A DNA stretch of 64,000 nt from Camelus dromedarius. Its lineage: Eukaryota. Of the stretch, positions 12,766 to 25,924 are shown piece after piece. The position numbers and the translations under genes are program-made. Where the stretch lies: positions 38,628,001-38,692,000 of the forward strand of contig NC_087437.1 of the NCBI RefSeq assembly GCF_036321535.1, given 5' to 3'. The notes beneath the pieces are model-generated. The model was not told where the DNA came from and ran no database searches. It saw only the letters and a list, made by a program, of their open reading frames with translations. Position 1 is the first letter of the stretch; every line of letters begins with the position of its first letter.

Positions 12766-12869
12766 ATAACAATAACAGTAATTAGCTAATAACATACCTC
12801 TTTTCTCAATAAAGACTTCATCAGTTCTTGCTATTTCTTAGCTTTGAGCTCATTTCTCCCCTTCTAGTC

Positions 12870-13211
12870 TAAAATAAATAAATAAATAAATAAACAGAAA
12901 CCTCAGTTGAAAAGATTTAGGCAACCACAAAGGGACATTTTTATTCCCTGCTAGGATAACAGAGCCCAACAACAAGAACAAAGACCCTTCTCCTTGCAAG
13001 GACTCAGCAAATGAAAAGCCATGGACTCTATAGACTATAGCCCTATCAACTTTCTTTTCCCTCCATGAAAGTGTTCCCCTTCCCTTGCTGTTTAGGGACA
13101 TGGCACGTGGCCCACTGTGGTTGCAGACCCCAAATTACAGTTCTCCACTGCTCCCGAATAAACCCATCTTTGCTGGAGAAATATCTGGCAGTATTTTTTT
13201 TCAAGTCAACA
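12870..13211 (+). mobile_element. ERV1-type solo LTR
   Basis: Ends ...TCAACA; AATAAA at 13157; exact 4-bp TSD AGTC (12866-12869 and 13212-13215); homologous to 49406-49719. Confidence 0.85.
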
Positions 13212-14399
13212 AGTCAATCATGCTGTTCTTCAGAAAAAGACTGAGCTATTCTGCTTGCTCAAAAGGCCTTAGAATTTCCGAAATAGAACTCGTTAGTGAG
13301 ACATTGAATGTAAACGTCTTCTATGTCTGATTTTGGCCGTCTTGTGTGCACAAATCTACCCAGACATCCTATGTCCCAGTTATACAGAAATAATGTCTGT
13401 TCCCCAACAAATCCATCTATTTTTTTTTTTAACAACTCAATTCCCTTTCTCATGCTTTTACCACTACTTGCAATGCTCACTCTTGCCTTTCATTCTCCAG
13501 CTACTATAATATAAATTGGCTCCCAGATGTCATTCAGGGAATTGCTCAGCCTTCATGAAATACCCATTTATCATTAGTTTATATTTTTAAAGTAGTCAAT
13601 AGGCATATTGGTGATTTAACTCATTTGTATTTTTTAATTTCAACGTATGTAGTACTTTATATAATTATTTGTGATTCTCCTACTTGACCATAAAGTCAGA
13701 TGTTTTATTACACTCCGTCCCTCAATAAACTGTGCAATGCTGGCACATCATAAACATTGAAGAAATGTATCATGAAGTGATATAAAATTAGAAAAAAAAG
13801 CAGTAGACCTAATTATAAAATTTAGTTGAAATAAATACAACTCTCTTATAATTCAGGAAAGACACACACATGGAGCTGTGAGGGAGGAGGGGAACGTCTG
13901 CCTAGGGAGACAGACAACTTAGATAATACTTGGGAATCAATGAGGTGACATATGGCACAACATGATTGCCCTCAACAAGTCTATATCTGTGTTACCCTTC
14001 TAATATTAAAAAGGTAAGTCAGTGAGGCTCTCTATCAAAGCTGTGCAAAAGTTGTTATAATATGAACACAGATTCTAATTCATTTTGTATGTTTCAATTG
14101 TGAAAAAATCTAATTATCAATGTTTATATATCTTTAAATGATATACAAAAAATGGTAGCTACTTTTTTGGAAGGTGTGGCTATGGATGTTTATAATAGCT
14201 TAAAATTTCACCTCGACTTAAAAAAGAAATATCAATATATAGAACTGAAGTGCTTTAGCTCCAGTGTGCATGGTTTTTAGAAGCTGAGTTCATAAAACCC
14301 TTTTTAGAATTTGAGAGATTAAAAGATATTTCACACATTTGTTCTATTAAAATAATAACAGGATACTACTGATAGTCTATTTCATTTCAACATAAATAA

Positions 14400-15810
14400 T
14401 CAAGTCTTTAAGATATTAGTTTCCCCAGATAAAAATTGGTTAAGATGAATAAATAATAAGGGTTTTTTTTGTTGAACTCTGTCATCATTTTACTCTTCAT
14501 TAACTCTCCTAATTCTCTTATTTCCTTCATTTTCAAAACACTAATAAGAGAGGCTAGCCTCCATTTTCCTACAGGTATATTATTCCCTATCCTCTTAAAA
14601 TATAAATCTTCCCAATTTGAGACTGACAAGAATCCTGAGACTTAACCTGTTCTGTAAAAGAGAAAAGTGTGCTTGGTCCCTGGGTATCAGCAACATTACT
14701 TTTGCTCCTTCTGATCTTCCTGTGTCTTCTGGTCTTCCTGTGTCTCCTGGTCATTTGTCTATTAAGCTCACAGGTGGACTCATAGACTGGCATCAGGCCT
14801 TCTGATTATGTTCCAATTATCTATTTCCTTTTTTTTTTTTTTGTCGGTACAATGAGCCCATAATGTTTGATTAGAGTTTGGCAACACTTATGTTAGATGG
14901 AAGATTAAAATAAGGGTACCAGTCATAAACTTACAAGTCCCTACTTATTTGTGGCGACCATTATTTGACTACTTTTTCAGACTCTATCTCTCCCTCTTCC
15001 TCTGTCTCACTTATGTTTTGCAAGGGCAAGTGGGTACAGGCAAGTCTAATTAGTTGCAGCATTGGGGTTTCTCTACTCTCCGAACTTTTCCAAAATCCAA
15101 TTTGCAAGCCTAAGCTTTTGAATAGATACTGTGGGGTTTTTATTTAGGTAATGTCTGCTAGAAATACCCCTTTTCTTAATTATCCAACCTAATGGGAAGG
15201 GATCATAGCTGGGTTTTGTCTCTGTTGTATCTTATGAGTTGCTCCACCCTCCCCAGTTGAGCAATGTACTTTTCATTTCCATTATGAGTCTGAGCTCCCT
15301 CCAGTACTCAAAGACTTTCTGTAGGTGCTCAGCCTCATCATGTCAATGGCACATTAAGGTCAGATACTGAATTCTTCTTGCCTCAGCAGCTCCCTTTTAG
15401 GGAGCCTGAGGAAGAGTTAACTTAGCAAAGGTCGTGAAAGCCTGTAAATAGAAGTCAGGGCATTTACCACCTTGGTATGTCCCCATTTGCCCTACATGTC
15501 AGGGATGTCATCCCTTCAGTATTCTGTTTCCTTCTTTGGAAAGGTGGACAGCTATTTCTTCTTACTGTATCTTTTTCCAACTTAATACCTAGAGGATTAT
15601 GGTGTTAGAGTATTGAGGGTGTTTGCTCTTAGTTCTGCTTGGGCAAGCTTGGAGTCAAATATGCACTTAAATCAGCCACTGCTCACCCTGCACTGAATGA
15701 TACACCAGCTGGGACTAGGGATCCCCTTCCCATACTCTTGCAATCATTCTTTCTCTTTTAAGCATACATCAACACGCTTTCTGTTGTCTCCTGGTAAGTG
15801 TTCTGAAAGC
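14400..15810 (-). mobile_element. Possible ancient class III ERV / Gypsy-like internal (gag-like) remnant
   Basis: Minus-strand fragments read IARVWEG, DDIPDM*GKWG and WIIKKRGIS, in the order of ERVL-type capsid motifs (LRVW.G, W.T, WL..GV...ID). No LTR or intact ORF. Confidence 0.35.
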
Positions 15811-15849
15811 TGACTTGCACATCTCCGGAGTTCTCACTTTGCCAAATCC

Positions 15850-16112
15850 CTGGTTTAAAGTGCTTAGGTATTCAGACAAATCTATTAGTCATCAAATAAA
15901 TTTGGAAAACATCTCATACACAGTATCCCCCTTTGGAGATTTACAGTGCACATTAGCATTATAAATCCTCACAACAAAACTGTGTTAGGGAATTCTGCTG
16001 AACTTTGTTTAGCACAGCCTTTCTCAAAGTTATTTAACCCTAAAATCTTTTGTTTTCTGAGTAATATCTCATAAAGCTAAGGTTCTGTGGAACAAATTCT
16101 AAGAAATGATGC
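15850..16112. mobile_element. Non-autonomous hAT-Charlie-type DNA transposon
   Basis: GGAGATTTACAGTGCACATTAGCAT, AACTTTGTTTAGCACAGCCTTTCTCAAAGTTATTTAACC and a terminal TGTGGAACAAATTCTAAGAAATGATG. Confidence 0.6.
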
Positions 16113-16544
16113 TTTCTATTAGTAACCTGGGAGGCTCATTTTAGGGGAAAGAAAAACTTGGAACACATGGGAATAATTAAGACTAAAGAAGGGCAACAGC
16201 ACAAGCTGGAAAAATTCGTATATGCCTAATTCTTCTGTCCTTTCCGTTTTTATGGGGGGGGGGGGGTGTTGTCCGTGCTACTGCCCAGGAGATGTCAGAA
16301 TGATCAGAAAAGACACATTGGTAACCATGAGGTCTCAAATAGCAGTTTCTTTACTTTCCCAAGCCCAGATTGGGGTTATTATAAATAAAATAGACATTTT
16401 AAAGTTTGTTTTTAATTTAAAATTTTTTTGTATTTTTTAATACACAATATCTAGTTTACTTTTGAAATTCTTGCTATCCTTAAACACAGCATAAATATTG
16501 AATCTGTAAAAATGTTGTAATGCTTTCAGAGATTATTTTGTCTT

Positions 16545-16882
16545 TTATTACAAGTATTTTTTAGAACAGTTTAAAATTCACAGCAAAACTGAGGCGGAGT
16601 ACAGAGATTTCTCATGTTTCCCTTGCCCCCATACATGCATTGCCCACCTGATTATCAACATTCCTCACTACAGTGGTACATTTGTTACAATTGATGAATC
16701 TACACTGACAGACCGTAATTACCCAAAGTTCACAGTTTACATTATGCTTCACTCTTGGTGTTGTACATTGTATGGGTTTGGACAAATGCATAATTGACAC
16801 AAATCCATCATTATAGTATCATATAGAACATTTTCACTGCCCTGGAAATATCCTGTGCTCTGTCTGTTCACCCCCTCCCACA
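16545..16882 (-). mobile_element. L1MC1-like 3' end
   Basis: TTTTAGAACAGTTT...CACAGCAAAA...AGTGGTACATTTGTTACAATTGATGAA...TTCACTCTTGGTGTTGTACATT. Confidence 0.88.
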
Positions 16883-17814
16883 CCCCCTGTTTTGTCTTTT
16901 TAATAGAAAAAAAGTTAAAAAAAGAAAAAAAAAGTTGACCTGATCCCATTTTTATCCCATATAGTACTGCCGTAGTTGCTCATCAATAAAGCATATTTTA
17001 TTAATCAAATTACAACATGAAAGTATAAAATGCATGAGTTAGGCTTTAACATTCCAAGAAAAAAAGCAAGCAATTTATCACTTTTAATATAATAAATTAT
17101 ATGCTTTCTGAACTCCCTTATCTCAAATAATTTAATTACTCGTATTGAGTTTCTAAGCAATTGATCTGTGGCCTTCTGATTTTATCCCGTTATGTCATCC
17201 TAAACAGCTCACATTACAGGCTTATCCTCCCAGGTGATGCCTATCAGATTCATCTCCTTATGGAACGATCCATTATAATGAAGTAATGCTATCTTTTCAC
17301 CTCCAACCCATGAGGACTTTTTGCTTTATGAACTCTCCTTTGAAGCTAACACCATCATTTTCTTTTCAGCTTTTTTTTTCCCCTTCTGATCAAATTTTAA
17401 ACTTCATTTAAGGCAGCAAAAAAGGACTAAGCTATTTGCATTTCAATTCCAATTTTCATTATTAAATAGTTACTGTTTCAAAATAACTGGACTTTTGGAC
17501 AATGACAATCTTGGGGATGTGGAGTGATTCCATTGACTTTAATTTTTTATTCCCATCTTTTCAGACTTATACCATAAATATCTGCTATTTCATTTTTGCA
17601 AAGTCTGACTGGCCATGCTATATAGCTAACATCCAATGAAGTGTGTTTTATGAAAGACTAGTGAAAAAGTGACCTTTGATTTAAATAATTATCCAAACAA
17701 TACTGTTATGTAGGAATTAAGAATCTCCAAAAGTGTGCTCTGCAAGTTTTTTTTTCAAGTCACCACATGCCAGTTTTGCCTTTGCAGATAAATTCCTCCC
17801 CCCTATACATTTTA

Positions 17815-18110
17815 ATTCAACTTAATCTACCAGGCATTTGATTAAAAATCACAGAGTATTTCCATACATGTCATGCACTTTTAATAGGTGCTGGGATATC
17901 AGAAATAATTAAGTCTCTTTGCTGCCTCTGAAGTCCTCCAGGTTACAAAAACTAGATAGATGTGTAAATAAATACTTGTAATTTTATGTTATGATTTCTA
18001 AAATAGATATGTATATTTTATATGAGATCACTGAATAGGAAAATCCAATAATACTTTTCCTCAGAAATAGTTACAAGAAGAGGTCACAGTAGACCCATAC
18101 CTTGAGGAAA
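17815..18110 (-). mobile_element. L2 3'-end remnant
   Basis: GGCATTTGATTA...TAGGTGCTGGGATATCAGAAATAATTAAG. Confidence 0.55.
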
Positions 18111-19281
18111 GTTTCTTATTTGCAGTCTTCTACTTTATTTGAAAGATTCCACGGTGTAGTTCCACCATAATACTACTTCTGTTGTGTAGATACCAAACAC
18201 TTGAGCTGCAAATCTTTCCAGTGTTAATCACTGTCCCCATATGCTGACTCTGAATGTTATTCATATTTCATGTTTCTCTCTTCTTACACTTTGTATTGCA
18301 ATTTGCTTGCATATCTACTTCACCTAGGTTTGTACTTCTATTTCTACTAACTGGCACAATACTGTTAAATGACAGGAGCACCAAAAAGGGAGTCATATGA
18401 GCAGCCTAATTCAAAGTATATTCAAAACTACTTCAAGCCTGTGTAATAGCATGGATCCCTTCTACTGAGAGAAATGAGTCTCTTCCAGCTTTTCGTCCTG
18501 TCAAAATTCCTGTCAATACTATATATCAGATTATGTCCTTCAGTATTCTGGGAAGTATTCACCTGTGTCAATGTTGGAAGGGAATAAGTATGAAGCTTTA
18601 TATTTGGGGGGAGTGGGTGAAGGGTGAAATATGAAGTAGAGAGTACAAAGAACGAAAGTCAAATATTAGATGTATCTGTCGATTGTTTAGCTTAGAGGCT
18701 TCTCTAGCTCAATGACCAGACTTTGGTAAATGCTGGTCACTACATCTATCTGCTTTTACTGGGATATATCATTGTACCCTAGCTTTATGCTCTCCAGTTG
18801 TTGAATCATAGAACTTAATTTCCTTGTTCTAATTTCATGCTTACAAACCATCCTATTGATTCCAATTTGGCTTCTCATGCCTTTTGCCTATAATGAAAAA
18901 TATATGCTAGCCTGACAAGCTGAATCTAGTTCCATTAACAGTTACAGATTTTATAATAAATTAATCTCTCTGTATTGTGTTTTATTAGAAATGAAACAGA
19001 ATTCTTGCCTGTGTGGTATATGTGTGTATTGGAAACATGCAGTTGTTCTCTTACACTTTGAGGAAGTGTTGCTGTTTATAGATGCTGTATAGAAAAATGT
19101 AGTATAACTGACTTTATCAGAGTTTCAATTCTCCATTGTGTAGGGATATTTGATCTCCTTACGTTTTCTGCACTTCTGGCTCTCCCCTGAGATAAATGCC
19201 AAATTGCCAGCAAGGCAGGATCCAGAAAGGCAAGGGCTTTGGAGGATAATCCCAGTTAGCTATACCCTAGTGTTGCCCTAG

Positions 19282-19495
19282 TCACTCATTCACTCGTTTA
19301 TTCATTCATTCATATATCCACTGATAAGTTATTTACTAGGATGTGTCACTGCTAATGGAAGAGATACAAGAAAAAATAAGATACCATTGTTATGTCAGGG
19401 GGATTACAATCAAGTCAAATAAGGAATTAAAATGTGGCGGATGTCACGTTAGAAGTGTATGTGAGGCATAGTGAGGGCACAATGGAGAGCTTAAT
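19282..19495 (-). mobile_element. L2 3'-end remnant
   Basis: (TTCA)n-type tail CACTCATTCACTCGTTTATTCATTCATTCA followed by GAGATACAAG...AATAAGATAC. Confidence 0.6.
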
Positions 19496-19944
19496 CATTT
19501 ATCTTTGTTGAAGGTGGAGTAAATGTAAGTAAATATTAATGGCTGTGACAGTTTGATAATTGTTTAGAAAAGCAGTAAATGAACAAACACAAGAGTCCCA
19601 TCATGGGGCATAATCTGTAATCATGGTGTTATAACTGCACCACTTTAGGAAACTCATTGTTAAATGAATCATGTTTTCTGCAATATATTTCAAGATAATA
19701 TTGCTGAAACTGTAATCACTGCTCCCTAAAGATGCTCTAACATTCTTGGATCTTCAGGTCTAAATGCGGGGAAAAAACCTTTCTTCTCATCGCCTTTCTT
19801 AAGGAAAGATAGATTCTATTATTTTCTTAAGGAATGATAGAAGATAATTTTCAGCATGAATTTTGCTTAGAAATTAGAAACTAAGGAAAAATAAAACAGA
19901 GCTAGAACACACAGACAGTAAATAAAAGATTCCTTTTATCGATG

Positions 19945-20858
19945 TATGTAACTACTTAACAATTCTACTTGGTTGTCTAATAATAATCTTAAGCTAAAAA
20001 TTACTAAACCAGAGATCTTAATTTCCAAAGCAAACTTGTCCTTTTTAAATAAAAAATCTAGAAATCGTCCATCATTCTCCCTCTTCCAGAGTTTACATGC
20101 AATTCATCAGTAAGTGTATCAGTACCCCTCCAAAACATGCCCAAATTCCTTTCACTTCTAGCGACCTCTGTGGCCTTCAGTTTAGCTAGATATCATCTGG
20201 GCCACCACAATGAACTCCTAACTAGGTCCCGTTGATTCAACTTCCATTTACCATTTCCTAAAATCCATTCTCTACATAGCAGTTAAAGATTATTTTTAAA
20301 ATATGAAACTAGGTCAAGTTCCTAAAAAAGCAAAAGGAGAGAGAGAGACAAGAGACAGAGAGAAGGAGGTAGGGTGGGAGGGAAGGAAGAAGGAAGGAAG
20401 GAAAGACAAACACTCCAAGGTTTCTCCATTGCTCAGTTAAATCTAAATTAGTTAGCAGAGCCTGGAGGAACCTCTTACTGCTGGTCCCTGCTAATCTCTC
20501 CAGCCTAGTTGGGGATCAATGTACTCAGTCCTTGTGCTCCAGCCACACCATCTCCTCCTGGTTCCTCCAGTAGCTCAGCACCTTCTTATCTGTGTCTCTG
20601 GCAATTTTTCTTTTTGTCTTCCTTCTACGCTCTCCCTTCAGTATTCCCTTAGCTGGTTTATTCTCTATTAACTCTATTTGCTCTGTTCCCAGAACTTAAA
20701 GCATTCTGGAATCATTTTGTTTATGTATCTAATTGTGTCCCTCACTAGAATACAAGCCACCCGAGGAAAGGGCAGCACCTCTTTTCCTACCACCAGCTCT
20801 CCAGTAGTCACCATGTTTCCAGTACACAGTAGGTGTATAATAAATACTTGTTGAGTTA
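19945..20858 (+). mobile_element. L2a 3' region with internal GA/GGAA repeat
   Basis: CTACTTGGTTGTCTAATA, AATCCATTCTCTACATAGCAG, CTCACTAGAATACAAGC and terminal ACACAGTAGGTGTATAATAAATACTTGTTGAGT. Confidence 0.8.
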
Positions 20859-23264
20859 TGGGTTGATCTTAAGACAGTTCAATTTGAGCTGTGTACTACC
20901 TGGCTTGTCTTGTTAAATATAGTTTTGTTTTTTTTTTTCCTTTTTCCACTGGTGCCTCCGTTTTTAAAGCAAGATTCATCTACCCAAACAGCTACATAAG
21001 ATGGTTTCTAATGGGAAATGTTGAATCCACTGGAAAGATTTCTAGTTTCTTGGAGAATCTTTTTCACATTTTCCTTCTAGATGTGGTCACCAGCCTGTCT
21101 CTTCCAGTGTCGGGCTTTGCTTCACTGCTTCTCTGACTTGGCCCCCAAGGTCCTTCCTAATCCTGGACCTACTCAGGGAGAGAAGCATGTATCACCTGCA
21201 CCCAAGATTCCTGAGCAGTCAGTCCTGCTGCGCCCCGTGCACAGCTCCATCTTGAGCCCTCATCTCAGGCCTTTCGCCTAAGAATTTCTAGGTGTTTGGC
21301 TTTTATTCCTGAATTGTTCAAGGTCAGACCAAGCCTAAAGTTTCCCTTTGTGTTTTATCTTCCAGAATAGAGACGTTTGACATATCAGACACTCACACAA
21401 TGGTCATTATCTTCTCAAATCTAATTTTCAACCCCACCAAATTCTCAAACATTCTATGTAACTTGTCCTCAAATGAATAATTTAATACTAATTTAAAAGT
21501 AAAATAAACACATTTCCTTTGTAGGTAAAGACATGCTATGGAATCATCTTTCATCAGCATTCTGGCCAAGCTTTTGAGCAATAACGTGGCATTGGAAGGA
21601 GCTGACTTGTTTGAAATGCTATCAAATAAAGATTGTTGATAAAGGTCACCTGCAATAAAACCTAACTCTGCAGTATGCAGAGTCCTTTAAGAGGAGGTGC
21701 TGAAAATTACTTCTTCTTCTCCATTCCTCATAGGTGGCATTTGAAATGTCCAACAAAATATTTTCTATAAATAGAATTGATTTATTATTTAGGAATTGTT
21801 ATATTAGTGTATATCTTGGGCATTTGATCTCTACGACTACTGACAATACTGTGAGAACTACATTCTTGTAATAATTTAATAAAAATTCTTAGAGTGACCT
21901 AGATACTGTTCTGAACCCTAGGACTAATCCTAAGTAAGGAAATCCAAGTTTGGATACAGTTTCAAAGCATGCAGTTATGTTTGATTACAGTCCTCTGTTT
22001 TTGAAGGTTTATGGTTGTAAAATCTTAAGACTCATCATGGACTTGACATCTGGACAGTTCCATATATATACACACATACACACACACATACATTTTAATA
22101 GAGAAGATAATATATATGTGTATATATATATAAATACTGAAGATAAAAATGTAGGCAATTCTTTTAAAAAATCTTTTAAAAAGAAGATCTTGAAAGCATA
22201 TCATTTGTCACTACTTTTCTAAAATAAAAAAGATACATTATCTACATCTGCAATAACAGATGTAAGTATTAATGAAAATCCTCTCATCCTCACTCCAGTC
22301 AACACATTTAGGCATTTATGTAGGAAAAAGCATACATCAGCACAAGGGAAAAGTGTTTGGTTTCTCACTCATTTTGTTTAAATCTCTTGTCATCTGTCTC
22401 TTAGCTCTTGAATCAGTGTATAAATATAATGAACAGATTTAAACACTCAAATATGCCAGAGGCAGTAAGCAATAAGCATATTTAAAAGTAAAAAAAAAAA
22501 CACAATCAACTGACTTTATGGAATTAGCTCTTCACCCTCTAAGTTTTCACTTAATCTTTAAATAGAGACAGTCGTTTGAGATACCTCTTCCTGCTGAGAG
22601 AAAGCACACTGCTATGCATTGGCAAATACAGAGAATAAACACTGACATTGATATTTTCTTCTGTAAAAATTACAATTACTTGCAACAAGTTCATAAATAA
22701 AAGTGTTACATGGCTAAATTTTCCTGAGAACTTACTAAATGACTGCCAGCAAATTTAGATGTATTTAGATGCAATCACACATTCAATTATATTAAAGAAA
22801 TTGGAGGTGAATACTATCACTAACCACATTTTATAAAGGAAATTGAAGAAATTGAATCTTGAGTATATTAAGTAACTTTTAACCTCATTTAGTTTATTCA
22901 AATTACAAACTCCCATTTAGCAATTATTATAATTAATTGGATATCTACCACACAGTTTTTTCATATTTTTACATAATTTTAACTTAGATACTTCCTCTGA
23001 CTGGTATCTTTAGTATGTTCATACTACTCAACAAATACTTCAACAAGTGTTTACTAAATATTTGTTATTTGCTAGTTATATTTAAGATGCTGATGATAAA
23101 GCAGCTAAAGACAGATGCAATGTTTCCCATCTTCATTCCCTGAAGCAATTACTCTTTTCCCAAATTAATATTAAATAATTTTGATAATTTTAACTCATAA
23201 GAATTTATTTTAATTATAATATCTTCTCCTGCTATTCATTTCTCTTAAATTCTGAGCTATTAAG

Positions 23265-25230
23265 AACAATGAATATTTGTCTATCCATATCTTCTTGTCC
23301 TCAAACTTGCGAACTTTCCTTCTAGGCCTTGGCCGGCCAGCCAAGACATTCCCCACTGCATATGATTCAGTGCTTATTCTAAAACAGGTTTGCTGTCCAG
23401 TCAAACTGGATGACCAGTCCATATTCAAGGTTTCCTTCATCTGGAAGGTTTCCTCTTTCACAGTATTTCAAAGCCACCTCATAAAAGAAACTAATCCATT
23501 ATTGGATGAAATTCTGCATTTTCTGCCTTCATTAGCTAATCACAGGGGAACCTCTGTGAGACATAACTGTGATCACTCTCAGAAACTAACGCTGGAGGTG
23601 CCAGTGTGACAGTGGTGGATTACAGGAAAGCTCTGAGCTACCTGTACGTGCCGTGCTCTTTCGTTATCTGGCACTGCTCAGGTGATATCTACGATGCACC
23701 ACTTCATTTTACAGTGGATTATCCCATTTTTTTCTGGGCCTACATGACCTATGATTTGATGGGTCTGACATTAACTGTGATGGGCAGTTTTGGCTATGTT
23801 TGATGTACCATGATTAGGCTCTGTCTCTAGCAGGGTCCAGTAGAATGTTAGAAGTCTTTTGAAAGCTGTATAATTCTCTGATGCGTATAACGCAGCTTTC
23901 CTTCTGAACTCTAATGGGCTTAATTGTAATTCCTTCAGCGGTCCTCTAAAATCAGAGGATCATCTTGGATGATGCTTCTCGAAACAGCAAAGTCTTCTGT
24001 ACCGTAGCCTGGTGCACTGAAGAGCCTGTTCTTGCTCTAGACTTCATGCGGAGCTGGCAGCCTTCCAGTTTAGGGATCAGAGCAGTATTCCTGGTGAGGA
24101 GCACGCTTCTTCCCGAATCCAAAGAGACTCACGAGGCACTGTGTGACTTCCCTCATGGTTGAAGAAATAAGATACAATACTATGTGCTTCACCTTAGATG
24201 AGACTGTGATTTGTTTCCCACTCTTTGTGGGGCACGTGTTCACAAAGACCACTAACGTACCAGTTCTTACCCAGCATTATTAGCTTAGTGCCTTGATGCA
24301 GTGGTCCAGTGTGACATTCTGCAGAATGTCCAACTGGCCCAGATCTGAGATTAGAGTATCTTATGACAGAGGACAGAGAAATTACCATAGCCCTGAGACA
24401 TGATGTAAGTGTATACCCTGGCCTTTCCAAGTGAATACAAACTCTTTGTAATCCTATTTGGGGATGGGGGTGGAAAGAACATGTTCACCACATCAGTGAC
24501 TCAGTGCCCTGCGTGTGAGGCTGTGTTAAACTGCTGTAGTCGGGATCCATCTTCGGGCCTGACAGCTACAGCTGGCCTACTGTGTGTTTGCGATTTCAAC
24601 AGTCTGCTGTCATTCACCAGTGCAGCTGGTTTTCAGAGGAGCCAGGTTGGTGAATTAAGTGGAGAGGATAAGAATACCCTCCTCATTCCTGAGGTCTTTA
24701 GGAATAGTACTTATTTCTGTCACCCTTTAAGAATGTGATGTTTTACAGTTACTATCTTACCTGAGGGGAGGACAGTTTTAGAGACTTGCATTTAACCTTT
24801 CACGCAGTGATAACTCTCACCCCACACAGGCACAGTAGCAAATGGTGAAATTTCCCCAAGTATCCAGTATGTCAGTTCTACTGATATTTTCAGCAACCAG
24901 GAAAATGACCACTGGTCCCACTATAAGCTGGACTTGGACCAGACTCCATAAACAAGCTCACATATGCCTCCACTCTACTGGCAGGTCATAACATAGTGGA
25001 TTTCTGGGTATCAGTGTTAATTTAGGCCCTGTGTCTCACAGTTTTCAAAATATTTCATTATGTCCTTTTTTTTCAGTGTGCAATTACCTAAGTAAAATGA
25101 ACATAGGTCCCATTGTGGAAGGACTTGGGAGATAATCACTGTGTACAATTGCTGTGGAATTGTAGGTTATTCCTTTGGGGGTTCTGACTCTTTCTGTAGT
25201 CATTGTGGTTTGGGTCCAGAAACTGGCTCA
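23265..25230 (-). mobile_element. Degenerate ERVL-class pro-pol (RT, RNase H); integrase not seen
   Basis: Minus-strand peptides SPLNSPTW (cf. SPFNSPIW), W*MTAD (WRMTVDY), DLGQLDILQNVTLDHCIK (ITLVHYIDD), SKVKHIVLYLISSTMREVTQCLVSLFGF (SKVKDKLLHL..TKKEAQRLVGLFGF) and TESYAVGNVLAG..KFEDKKIW (TDSWAVANGLAG..KIGDKEIW) occur in the expected order. Confidence 0.88.
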
Positions 25231-25577
25231 GTAATGAAAACTGCAAAGGAATTTTGGTAATTTTTTGAGCTGTATGACCTGACCATCCGTCCTTATTTCC
25301 TTCCTTCCTTCCTCCCTCCCTCCATATCTCTCTCTGTCTCTCTCTCCTTTCTCACCACTTTTTCTTTTCTTCTTTCTTTCTCCTTTTCTTTTAATTGTAG
25401 AGCTTGTGGGGTGCTCATCTACCTTGCCCTTAGGAAAGCTCTCTTCTACTACTACACTTTGTAATTCTCTGCAAATTAGGCTCGCATGATTGTCACCGAC
25501 TTTGCTGCTCATTATGATCATTAAGTCAGTCTGACTTCTATTGATTAAATATTACCAGATAATCTCTATTTTTGGCT

Positions 25578-25611
<34 letters not shown>

Positions 25612-25923
25612 GCTAAAGTGATGACAGTTAACCCTTGGTCTCTGGGAACCCAGTTCTTTCCTGCCTTTTTTTTTTTTTTTAAACATCAGGCAAACCCTAA
25701 AAGGAAGAGCAATTAGTGAAATTTTTAATGAGATTGGTACCTCCTCATCAATGGATTCCTTTTAGATTTGAAAAATGATATATCCTTTGATCCCTCCATG
25801 GAGCATGTTTTTGCATGGCTCTTTTAATGTCACATAGTGTACCCACAAGAGCAAATCATTGCACTCAGCTTGTTAATTCCCTCTTCCATCATCTGCCATA
25901 ATGATTTTGGTAGTTCTACTTCC
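25231..25923 (-). mobile_element. Degenerate ERVL-class gag, interrupted by simple repeats
   Basis: Minus strand GAAGTAGAACTACCA...TGGCAGATGATGGAAGAGGGAATTAACAAGCTG reads EVELP..WQMMEEGINKL (cf. EVEMPDLPW..VEEGIQRL); contiguous with pol. Confidence 0.7.
25578..25612. repeat. (TTG)~11 microsatellite
   Basis: Seen directly. Confidence 0.95.
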
Positions 25924-25924
25924 A

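Noticed and set aside
23277..23609. 110-aa + strand ORF with a vaguely RT-like KVSFIWK..FTV
   Set aside because: The real homology is on the minus strand (RNase H); this is the antisense frame.
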